This document shows, piece by piece, positions 50,656 through 58,338 of a DNA stretch of 58,338 bases (the stretch's first letter is position 1; the number at the start of each line of letters is the position of its first letter). The translations under genes were made by a program, and so were the position numbers. The stretch covers positions 1 through 58,338 of the forward strand of contig JAZNNL010000010.1 in assembly GCA_045580245.1 (NCBI GenBank), in the 5' to 3' direction. The notes below the pieces were generated by a model, which saw only the letters and a program-made list of their open reading frames with translations, ran no database searches and was not told the DNA's origin. The DNA comes from Lachnospiraceae bacterium (GTDB taxonomy: Bacteria > Bacillota > Clostridia > Lachnospirales > Lachnospiraceae).

Positions 50656-51900
50656 CTACATGAACTTTTCCATTAAGAATGTAATACCATCCATACAATA
50701 TGCCACAAGGGACTGGGCACCGATTAACTGTAAAATGATTTCCACTATAAAGTACAGGCAGAATATTATCATACCTGCGTTACAAATTACAGTCACAAAA
50801 CCTTTTCCCTTTGGCAATGTAATTTTACCGGGATTGGTTTTAAATTTCTTTCTAAATACAATGAGTAAAACAAAGCCCGCTATGACAATGCCTATCAGCA
50901 CAAACACATATGCCAGAAGAATCAGCATGCCCAAAAGCATTTCCATAATTCTTTCTTCCATCAGTGCAGGATTTGACATAAGTTCTGTATAACCGCTTAA
51001 TTCCAGTATCCATACACCAAGTACGCCGCCTAAGAAATTCACAAACATATGTAACGCAATGGTATAAATAATCTTACCTGTTTTGACGTAGATAAACGCA
51101 AAGAACATACCCAGTGTAGTTGCATAAACAAACTGCGCCAAATTACCGTGGAACAGACCGAACATCAGGCCGGAAAGTACCACTGCCACGCCTTCTCCGT
51201 AGCGTACTGCCCTGTCTACCAGGAATTTGCGGAAAATCAACTCCTCAAATATGGGAGCGCAAATAACTACAAATAAAATTCTGACACCTACTCCGGTATC
51301 CAGAACCGCTTCCTCCAGTACATTGTCTACCGCATCCATCTTTATCAATTCCACCACAAAGGTAATAATTGTACCGATGATATTACTGATATACATAATG
51401 GCATATGCCATCATGGCCGCAATCAGCCATTTTCCTACAGACATTTTACGTTTGGGTATATTTTCTGCCGGTATCCGGCTTACTAAAAGCAATAATAACG
51501 GCATACCGATAGCATACATGGGAATCATGGTAACTGCCAGCTGTATATCCTGATTTTCCAACAAATCCGGCCACAACACAGAAAACAGGATTGCAACCGT
51601 CATCTGCACGGCATAAATAATCAGGGTACCCAAAATGAAGTGCAGACCAAGCTTATTAAAGAATTTTCTTCCGCCATTTACAATGGTCTTTTTTTCTTCT
51701 TCTGACATAGGCGGTTCCACCGGCTGTTGCGGATATACCGGTTGTTGCATCGGCTGTCCATAACTCTGCATTGGCTGTTGGTATACCGGCTGCTGCATAG
51801 GCTGTCCATAGCCCTGCATGGGCTGTTGGTATACCGGCTGCTGTGCCATTCCCTGCATATATACCGGCTGACCGGTCTGATTCATATTCGGTTCGTTCAT
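50656..51900 (-). CDS. CPBP (CAAX/Abi) intramembrane metalloprotease with a Q/P/Y-repeat N-tail
   Basis: APIFEELIFRK, FGLFHGN and IALHMFVN; GGAGGGG RBS. Confidence 0.9.
   Translation of the reverse strand: MNEPNMNQTGQPVYMQGMAQQPVYQQPMQGYGQPMQQPVYQQPMQSYGQPMQQPVYPQQPVEPPMSEEEKKTIVNGGRKFFNKLGLHFILGTLIIYAVQMTVAILFSVLWPDLLENQDIQLAVTMIPMYAIGMPLLLLLVSRIPAENIPKRKMSVGKWLIAAMMAYAIMYISNIIGTIITFVVELIKMDAVDNVLEEAVLDTGVGVRILFVVICAPIFEELIFRKFLVDRAVRYGEGVAVVLSGLMFGLFHGNLAQFVYATTLGMFFAFIYVKTGKIIYTIALHMFVNFLGGVLGVWILELSGYTELMSNPALMEERIMEMLLGMLILLAYVFVLIGIVIAGFVLLIVFRKKFKTNPGKITLPKGKGFVTVICNAGMIIFCLYFIVEIILQLIGAQSLVAYCMDGITFLMEKFM
51734..51843 (-). repeat. 48-bp intragenic tandem repeat (about 2.3 units) encoding QQPVYQQPMQxYGQPM
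   Basis: Units at 51734-51781 and 51782-51829, with a partial unit at 51830-51843. Confidence 0.85.
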
Positions 51901-52046
51901 ATCGTTTCCCCTCCATAGGTATTTTCCACTTTTTGTCACAAGATACATTATATATGATTTCTGCGGTAAAAAAAAGAGGGGATTTTTATATAGCAATTTT
52001 ACGTTTTCCGGATAGTGATTTCATGCAGGCAAGCCATACGGGCAAT

Positions 52047-52796
52047 CTACCCCAGTAAATCCTTCACTATCTTTTCCGGTGCGTCCATAAACCGCTTGGT
52101 TATCATAAAATGCTCCGTATCTTTGTAATCCACCGAACAGATATCCTTCTCTGTAATTTCCAGCACCTCAGCTCCGGGAAAAGTCATCAGTATAGGGGAA
52201 TGGGTGGATACAATAAACTGTGAGTTCTTCTGTACCAGTTCCTTCATGCAATACATCAGGCGCATTAACCGCATAGGGGATAATGCCGCCTCCGGTTCAT
52301 CCAAAATATACAAGCCGTTTCCTCCAAAACGGTTTTCTACCAGGGCCATAAAACTTTCCCCATGGGACTGTTTGTGCAATGACACTCCTCCATAATTAGT
52401 GATTATCGGAGCACCTCCTTCCGAGTCCTCATCCAGGTCATCTATATTGGATGCCACGTTATAAAAACTTTCTGCCCGCAAAAAGAATCCGTCCTTATGC
52501 TTCTTATAGCCACGGCTCACCGTCAGATACCGGTGCAAATCCGAATGGGACTCCCTGGTAGAAAAGTTGAAATTGATCGTCCCTCCTTCCGGGTTAAATC
52601 CCATAGCCACCGCAATCCCTTCGATTAACGTGGATTTGCCTACACCGTTTTCCCCCACCAGAAAGGTTACAGGTTTTTGAAAGGAAATCCCTCCGCTTTT
52701 TTTCAGATTTTTCACAACCGGTAAATCCTGCAAATAATTGTGCTCGGGAATCTCTTTTGACATATAAATTTTATTAATATAAAGATTGCTTTTCAT
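52047..52796 (-). CDS. ABC-type/AAA_21 ATPase (no adjacent permease)
   Basis: GENGVGKS, FFLRAESF, SHGESF, YILDEPEAALSP, STHSPIL. Confidence 0.88.
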   Translation of the reverse strand: MKSNLYINKIYMSKEIPEHNYLQDLPVVKNLKKSGGISFQKPVTFLVGENGVGKSTLIEGIAVAMGFNPEGGTINFNFSTRESHSDLHRYLTVSRGYKKHKDGFFLRAESFYNVASNIDDLDEDSEGGAPIITNYGGVSLHKQSHGESFMALVENRFGGNGLYILDEPEAALSPMRLMRLMYCMKELVQKNSQFIVSTHSPILMTFPGAEVLEITEKDICSVDYKDTEHFMITKRFMDAPEKIVKDLLG

Positions 52797-52924
52797 GCTA
52801 CTTGTCAGCGCCTCCTTGGACATATCTTGTTTCCATGGTTTTTCCTCCTAAAAACAAGTTCCATAATGTATCTACGGATTAAATTTACACCAGGAAGAGT
52901 CCATTAAAAGTATCTTTGAACAAC

Positions 52925-52958
52925 AAAAAATCCCAGGAGCAATAACTCATGGGATTTT
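52925..52958 (-). terminator. tRNA terminator
   Basis: AAAATCCCA..TGGGATTTT stem, with a T-run on the minus strand immediately 3' of the tRNA. Confidence 0.7.
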
Positions 52959-52962
52959 AAAA

Positions 52963-53034
52963 CAGGGCTACAAGGATTCGAACCTTGAAATGACGGAGTC
53001 AGAGTCCGTTGCCTTACCGTTTGGCGATAGCCCT
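52963..53034 (-). tRNA. tRNA-Gln (anticodon CTG); CCA not encoded
   Basis: AGGGCTATCGCCAAACGGTAAGGCAACGGACTCTGACTCCGTCATTTCAAGGTTCGAATCCTTGTAGCCCTG folds into a cloverleaf with a GTTCGAATC T-loop. Confidence 0.96.
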
Positions 53035-53053
53035 TTATGCGATTACTTTATGC

Positions 53054-53082
53054 ATTATACATGAACTATATTCATTTTGCAA
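53054..53082 (-). promoter_or_regulatory. Sigma-A promoter of tRNA-Gln
   Basis: TTGCAA-17 bp-TATAAT, about 20 bp upstream of the tRNA. Confidence 0.75.
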
Positions 53083-53131
53083 TACCCTTTTTTCATTTTT
53101 CTTTGTTTTTTTGTAGGTACAATTTAAACAA

Positions 53132-54280
53132 TTAGGATTTATGCATGTTCATCGCCTTATCCAGTGCAAAATCAACAGCCAATATGACCAGGCAGTACAG
53201 ACACATCCATGGTACGATAGTGTGATTGTGCACAGCGTTTAAGTAATAAAACGGCGGTAAAAGATATTGTAACATCCTAAAGCGTCTTACCGCAAAGAAT
53301 ACAGGACAGAGTATCAGCATACCAATCATCAGCAAAGGAATACAGGTTCCCAGCCTTTGCAGGTTGCCGCACAGCTTTTTTACCACACTGCAAAAGCCAA
53401 CGGACATAACGAGGTACAAAATCATCAGCCCCGTTTCTTTTAACCATCCTTCAAAATCGCCGGATAATGCAAGTGCAACAAACACTGCTATGCCTGCACA
53501 AAGCATGGCCGCCAGCTCATAACCGTACAGATATTTCTGCCTGTTTTTCAGTGCAACCCTGTCAAACACACCTGCTGCCTCATCCTGCAAATAATACATA
53601 ACCGCAGACAGTCCGCATAACATAATCACAAGCGCAAGCAACCCGCGGACCGGTGCCGTCAGATAATTGCCCTCCGCCGGATTATTTTCCTTCACTTCCC
53701 CATTTAACAAGGTCAGTTGAAACAAATCTCCTTCCACGCGGGCAGATTCATAGTACGTACGCAGTTCTTCCCCGGACAAAGTATCCCCACCCAGTTCATT
53801 TTGCACATACTTTTCATAAACCGTGTACGGAAAATAGGAATACAATGCGCCATACAATTTTTCTCTGGATAACTGTAGTGCCACATTATCTTCCCTCTCC
53901 AGTATGCGGATAAAAGGTCTGTCATACGCACCTGCAATATATTCTTCCAGCCGTTCCTGCATTTTATCCGAAAAAATCCAGGCAGCATCAGCATTGCCAT
54001 TCTCTACCAGCTCATAGGCCTCTTCTTCATCAAATACCTGCTGATACTGCAAAACACTATTTTCCGAAAGTAAATCTTCTACCAGTTGAGAGGACAGCAG
54101 GTCTTTCTCATTTTCCTGGTATAACACAATATGTAACATACCGCTTTCTTCTTTTGCAACCAGTCCCATGGATAACACCAGCACCGGAATACTGCACAAA
54201 AGAATCAGAAAGCCCGGTTTTTTCAGCAATCTCTTACAAGTCAGGCAAAACCACAATAAACTCTTTTGTAATTTTCTCAT
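53132..54280 (-). CDS. ABC-2 family permease
   Basis: N-terminal TM, large extracellular domain and about 5 C-terminal TM segments (YLLPPFYY). Confidence 0.82.
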   Translation of the reverse strand: MRKLQKSLLWFCLTCKRLLKKPGFLILLCSIPVLVLSMGLVAKEESGMLHIVLYQENEKDLLSSQLVEDLLSENSVLQYQQVFDEEEAYELVENGNADAAWIFSDKMQERLEEYIAGAYDRPFIRILEREDNVALQLSREKLYGALYSYFPYTVYEKYVQNELGGDTLSGEELRTYYESARVEGDLFQLTLLNGEVKENNPAEGNYLTAPVRGLLALVIMLCGLSAVMYYLQDEAAGVFDRVALKNRQKYLYGYELAAMLCAGIAVFVALALSGDFEGWLKETGLMILYLVMSVGFCSVVKKLCGNLQRLGTCIPLLMIGMLILCPVFFAVRRFRMLQYLLPPFYYLNAVHNHTIVPWMCLYCLVILAVDFALDKAMNMHKS

Positions 54281-54340
54281 TTTCTTCTCAATTCCACCGC
54301 ATAAAATCACTTGTACCGTGCGGACCTTACGGGGTTATTC

Positions 54341-55579
54341 TTAACTGTTTCTGATTTTGTATGTCCGAACCATGACCGCAAGCCCCAAAAACAACGCAAA
54401 GTACACTGTCATGACCATAAAAGCACCGCCCCATCCGGTCTGTTTCAGACAGGCACTTGCATATTCCACTGCAGCTCCCGTAGGTAAATATGCCGCCAGT
54501 TTTTGGATGCTTTCCGGAAAGAAAGAAATCGGATACAGACATCCCGATATATATCCCAACCCAATTGCAATTAAAAACTGTGCCAAAACACTGCCCACCA
54601 TGCCCGAAACCGTTTCATAAACCAGAAACTGCAGGGCAGACAGCAACATACATACCGGTATGAGTTCTATGAAAAACAAAAACAAGGCACCCACTCCTTG
54701 CCCTTCCCACTCAGGCAATGTCATACCGGTCATGCCCATGACAATAGCAAGCAATGCAAAAACCAGTGCCAAAGTCCCCAGCATCAAAACCACATATGCA
54801 AGGTACTCTCCCAGCACTTGACCAAGCGCATTCCGGCCTCTGGATTTTAACAGTTTCGGCAGGGTATGACTTCTTTTTACAAACAAAGGACTGCATACAA
54901 TGCCCCACAAAAGCAAAAACAGTACCAACACACCACAGGCATAGTATCCCACAAAGGACAGTTGATGAGCTACTCCCACCGTTTCCAATTCATAGACCTG
55001 TGTTCTGCCTAAAATAAAATTGGCAATCTGCAAATACAGTTCATCGGTAGCATCCCAATACACATCCTGCATCCCATGGTCAGCCATATACCACTGGGCA
55101 CCGTAAATGGCATTCTGGGATTCTACCACCAATTTGGAAATGGTTTCCACCAGTTCATTCATAATGGTGCTTCCCACACCGGAAGCTCCTACACTGGTCA
55201 CATAAGTAATGGGCTTATTCTCTCCGGTTACCAAAGAATCTACAAATCCCTCCGGAATCACTACATATGCGGAAATTTTTCCCTGCAGTAAGTTCTCTTT
55301 AGCTTCCTCTTCTGTCATATCAATAAACGATATGGCAAATCTGGAAGAGTCCAGATTCTGTATGGTCTGGATACCAATGCCCAGATAAGAGCCTTCCAAA
55401 TCACCGGCAAGGCCAATCTGTATCATCTGTTTTTCCTCTGAAGCGTTGTTTTTCTCCAACACCACCCACATCAGTAACGCCATACAGCCCAACAGAAACA
55501 GGGTTGTAAGCAAAATGGTAGGAAATACCTTTATGACGCGTTTTAATTGTGCCCAAATATATTTTCCACAGTTGGTCAT
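54341..55579 (-). CDS. ABC-2 family permease
   Basis: VVIPEGF extracellular domain; SGCLYPISFFPESIQKLAAYLPT. Confidence 0.85.
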   Translation of the reverse strand: MTNCGKYIWAQLKRVIKVFPTILLTTLFLLGCMALLMWVVLEKNNASEEKQMIQIGLAGDLEGSYLGIGIQTIQNLDSSRFAISFIDMTEEEAKENLLQGKISAYVVIPEGFVDSLVTGENKPITYVTSVGASGVGSTIMNELVETISKLVVESQNAIYGAQWYMADHGMQDVYWDATDELYLQIANFILGRTQVYELETVGVAHQLSFVGYYACGVLVLFLLLWGIVCSPLFVKRSHTLPKLLKSRGRNALGQVLGEYLAYVVLMLGTLALVFALLAIVMGMTGMTLPEWEGQGVGALFLFFIELIPVCMLLSALQFLVYETVSGMVGSVLAQFLIAIGLGYISGCLYPISFFPESIQKLAAYLPTGAAVEYASACLKQTGWGGAFMVMTVYFALFLGLAVMVRTYKIRNS

Positions 55580-55587
55580 CTTTTACG

Positions 55588-56250
55588 TCAAAGCCTCCCC
55601 ACCAATTTGCTCACATTTCCATCATATGCATAAGGTTCCAATACACCTTCTTTTAAAATAAACCATTTATCGCACAGTGCCAGCTCCTGCACATCATGGG
55701 TTGCCAGCAAAATGCTGCCGCCTTGTGCTTTAAAATCCCGTAAATAGTTATAAATCCGTTCTTTACACACCAAATCCAGCGCAGCAGTAGGCTCATCCAT
55801 TAAAAGTATTTGCGGTTTTCCGGCTACCGCACAACCGATGGATAATCTTTTTTTCATACCGCCTGACATTTTATGTACCGGCACTTTAATAAAATCATGA
55901 ATACCAAGCATGGCAAGAACGCCCTCTTCCAATTCCTTTCGCAAGGTCGCCTTGTCATACCAAAGCCGCAGATTATCCCATGCAGTCAGCTCTTCCAACA
56001 ACGGATTCCCCTGCGGTACGTAGCCGATTACCTTTGTCCTCAGGCTCTCATGCTGAAACAAATCCGTATTGTCCCACAAAAAAGTGCCGCCATCCGGCTT
56101 CTGTACGCCGGCAAGCGTGGAAAGCAGGGTGGACTTGCCACTACCATTGCTTCCCAAAATGCCAATGCATTCTCCGGCTTCTGCCGAGAGAGTAATATTC
56201 TGTAATACTGTTTTATTTTTATAATTTTTCTTTATGTTTAAAATCTTCAT
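55588..56250 (-). CDS. ABC transporter ATP-binding protein
   Basis: GSNGSGKS, MSGGMKKR, LLMDEP, ATH. Confidence 0.92.
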   Translation of the reverse strand: MKILNIKKNYKNKTVLQNITLSAEAGECIGILGSNGSGKSTLLSTLAGVQKPDGGTFLWDNTDLFQHESLRTKVIGYVPQGNPLLEELTAWDNLRLWYDKATLRKELEEGVLAMLGIHDFIKVPVHKMSGGMKKRLSIGCAVAGKPQILLMDEPTAALDLVCKERIYNYLRDFKAQGGSILLATHDVQELALCDKWFILKEGVLEPYAYDGNVSKLVGRL

Positions 56251-56260
56251 AATATGTTTT

Positions 56261-58093
56261 TTAATATTCGTAATAGTATTCTTCCGGTGCCGGTGCTGCT
56301 GAATATCCGAACAAATATCCGATAATGTCCTTTGCATCCATTTCGGATATATCTTCCAGCATATCGGTTATTTCATCATCCACTTCTGCTTTTACCAGTT
56401 TCCTGATGTAACCTTCCCAGTCTGCAGTTTCATACCATTCTTCAAAATCCTCAAAATCTTCCACTTCCACTACATTTTTATCTGCAGGCAGTTTTACTGT
56501 TTTGCCGGAATCTCTGGATAAAGCCAGGGTAACCGTTCCCCACTTTTCTTCTTCCTGCATCACACTGCAAACCAACTCTACGGAATTTACATCACTATCC
56601 GCCTCCATTTTTACAGACATCTCTCCGATAACGGATGCAAAAGAGGATAATTCCATGGCACGGATCAGACTGGAAGAAGGGGCTATTGTAAACGTTCCCT
56701 GCAACTGTCCTGCTTTTGCCTTATCGGTATCAAACTTCTCTACGGCAATTTCTACCAATCCCATGCCGTTATAGGCCACTTCAAACTCACCGGTTAACTT
56801 GCCGCCGGAATCTTTACCGCTGCCCGCAAATTCTATTCTTTCCTCATCCATTTCACAACTTGCAGTAAAACCAAAGGAAGAACCGTCATGTGTCATAAGC
56901 ACTTCCACGCTCTGTCCGTCCTGTTCTAAGGCACGGCCACAGATATTGCCCTTGGAATCCACATAGACAAGCATTACAAATTCCATGTCATAGTCAGAAA
57001 TATATTCTGCTTCATCCAAAGCATACTCTATTTCTTCCTGCAAATTTTCATAAAACTCTTCTGCATCCATATCCAGATCCATATCGAAATCGGACTCTTC
57101 TATCGCAGCAAAGGTCTCTAATACCCATTCTCTGATATCTTCATCCTCTTCCATGGTTTCTAAAACAAGTTCCGCCATGTCTGCCAATGTTTTTTCATCA
57201 ATGGTAACTTCCAGTTCTACACAATCCTGTGAAACACCCTCTGCGCGAATGGTTTTTTCTGACATATCTACATCATCAATACAGGAAAGTGCCAGTTGTG
57301 TATATCTGTTTAAAAGTTTTTCGGTTAATTTCTTATCCGGTGCCGCTTCATAAAATACTTTTAACAAATCAAAAAGCTCCACTGCTTCTTCGGTATCAGA
57401 AACCTCCGCCAGCATATACATTGGATTTAAATCCGGCAGCTGCAGGTAAGCATTTTCCTCTGCTATATCCAAAATACCTGCAATATGCAACAACTCTGTT
57501 TCCTGCAAATCCACAGAGAGCTTATTGTCTTTTACAGATACATCTGCCGCAAAGCTCACACTATCCAGCCAGGATAAATCAATACCAGCCATACCTGCAA
57601 GACTTAACATATCCATCCCTGCCTCTTCCAGCTTGGCGCTTGCCTCTATACTGACACTAGTGTCATATATCTTCAAACTCTCTCTTATATAGTCATTATA
57701 TATGGTAGTAACATTGGAAACTGCTTCCTCCGCCGCATTTCCTTCCACCCACTGATAATACTCTTCCGGCTCTGAAAAGGTCTTTTTAAACCAGTTTTTC
57801 ACCGTTGCGGAAGTCAACAGGAAAACCAACAGCAGAATTACCGCCAAAACAGCCACACCAATACCAATCAGCAAGCCCATGGGCGGCTTTTTACCGGACA
57901 CTTTCTTTTCAGCAGGCACACCGGGTGCAGGCATTTGGGGCTGTACGGGTGTTGCCGTTACCGGCCGGGCAGGTGCCTCCGTTGTCTCAGCTTGGGCAGG
58001 TGCCGTACTTCCGACCAGCGGATTTCTCCAGCCGCACTTACCGCAGAACCTTTCTGTCTCGGTCATCTGATTACCACAATTACCACAAAACAT
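56261..58093 (-). CDS. Zinc-ribbon membrane protein with a large acidic extracellular domain
   Basis: MFCGNCG..FCGKCG, Pro/Ala linker, single TM and D/E-rich C domain; GAGGAGG RBS before ATG at 58093. Confidence 0.8.
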   Translation of the reverse strand: MFCGNCGNQMTETERFCGKCGWRNPLVGSTAPAQAETTEAPARPVTATPVQPQMPAPGVPAEKKVSGKKPPMGLLIGIGVAVLAVILLLVFLLTSATVKNWFKKTFSEPEEYYQWVEGNAAEEAVSNVTTIYNDYIRESLKIYDTSVSIEASAKLEEAGMDMLSLAGMAGIDLSWLDSVSFAADVSVKDNKLSVDLQETELLHIAGILDIAEENAYLQLPDLNPMYMLAEVSDTEEAVELFDLLKVFYEAAPDKKLTEKLLNRYTQLALSCIDDVDMSEKTIRAEGVSQDCVELEVTIDEKTLADMAELVLETMEEDEDIREWVLETFAAIEESDFDMDLDMDAEEFYENLQEEIEYALDEAEYISDYDMEFVMLVYVDSKGNICGRALEQDGQSVEVLMTHDGSSFGFTASCEMDEERIEFAGSGKDSGGKLTGEFEVAYNGMGLVEIAVEKFDTDKAKAGQLQGTFTIAPSSSLIRAMELSSFASVIGEMSVKMEADSDVNSVELVCSVMQEEEKWGTVTLALSRDSGKTVKLPADKNVVEVEDFEDFEEWYETADWEGYIRKLVKAEVDDEITDMLEDISEMDAKDIIGYLFGYSAAPAPEEYYYEY

Positions 58094-58150
58094 ATGTAAT
58101 CCTCCTCGTTTGTATCTATCGTTTTTTTCCTTATGTAAACCCATATTTTT

Positions 58151-58179
58151 ATTATACTTTTCCGTATATTTTCTGTCAA
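58151..58179 (-). promoter_or_regulatory. Perfect-consensus sigma-A promoter of the zinc-ribbon/ABC operon
   Basis: TTGACA-17 bp-TATAAT on the minus strand. Confidence 0.85.
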
Positions 58180-58199
58180 CACGCCCCAGCCATACAGAA

Positions 58200-58338
58200 T
58201 AAAAAGAGACTGTTTTTAGGATTCGTAACAATATCCGTTGCAAAAAGTTTCCACGCAGACGCGCTCTCGCTCCGTGGTCAACGTAGCAGTACTAAGATTT
58301 TTTCTGCGTATATGTTATACTTGAAAAAATCAAGTGCT
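58200..58338 (-). repeat. Dispersed structured intergenic element, copy E (3' part, inverted, truncated by the window edge)
   Basis: Minus strand reads ..CTTAGTACTG-CT-ACGTTGACCA-CGG-AGCGAGAGCG-C-GTCTGCGTGGAAACTTTTTGCAAC.., matching the 3' half of copies A, C and D. Confidence 0.85.

Noticed and set aside
52850-53034. tRNA-Gln as an integration site or amber suppressor
   Set aside because: I saw no integrase or duplicated tRNA 3' end, and the anticodon is CTG, not CTA.
7565-58338. Elements as a CRISPR array, classical integron attC sites or group II intron remnants
   Set aside because: They are dispersed rather than regularly spaced; I see no RYYYAAC...GTTRRRY boundaries, no integrase, and no group II domain V motif.

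Overview
A 58-kb chromosomal segment from a flagellated, spore-former-lineage Clostridia bacterium; gene content and order suggest Lachnospiraceae (inference). Most genes are on the minus strand. The segment carries a surface-glycan/GDP-fucose locus (priming glycosyltransferase, two GT2, manC, fcl, gmd, two membrane proteins, a stand-alone Spo0A DNA-binding domain), an AT-rich ABC exporter, leuA, HPr, cdaA-cdaR-glmM, comF, recD2 (one in-frame TAG), mbl-flgF/G-flgJ, uvrBA with an SOS box, pdxK/pdxR, ftsEX-M23 peptidase-S41 protease, a small sugar-catabolic cluster (one frameshift), tRNA-Gln(CTG) and a second ABC-2 system. I found no transposase, integrase or CRISPR array. The most striking feature is non-coding: five copies (about 7565-7738, 8817-9000, 14097-14307, 38428-38629 and a partial inverted copy at 58200-58338) of a dispersed 170-210 nt intergenic element. 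The copies have diverged in sequence but keep a three-way-junction fold with compensatory base changes, strand-specific G-T wobbles, a conserved T-T mismatch and bulges, and GCGA(A/G)AGC and C-GAA-G mini-hairpins. I cannot assign it to a known family. It may be an undescribed structured ssDNA/RNA element.
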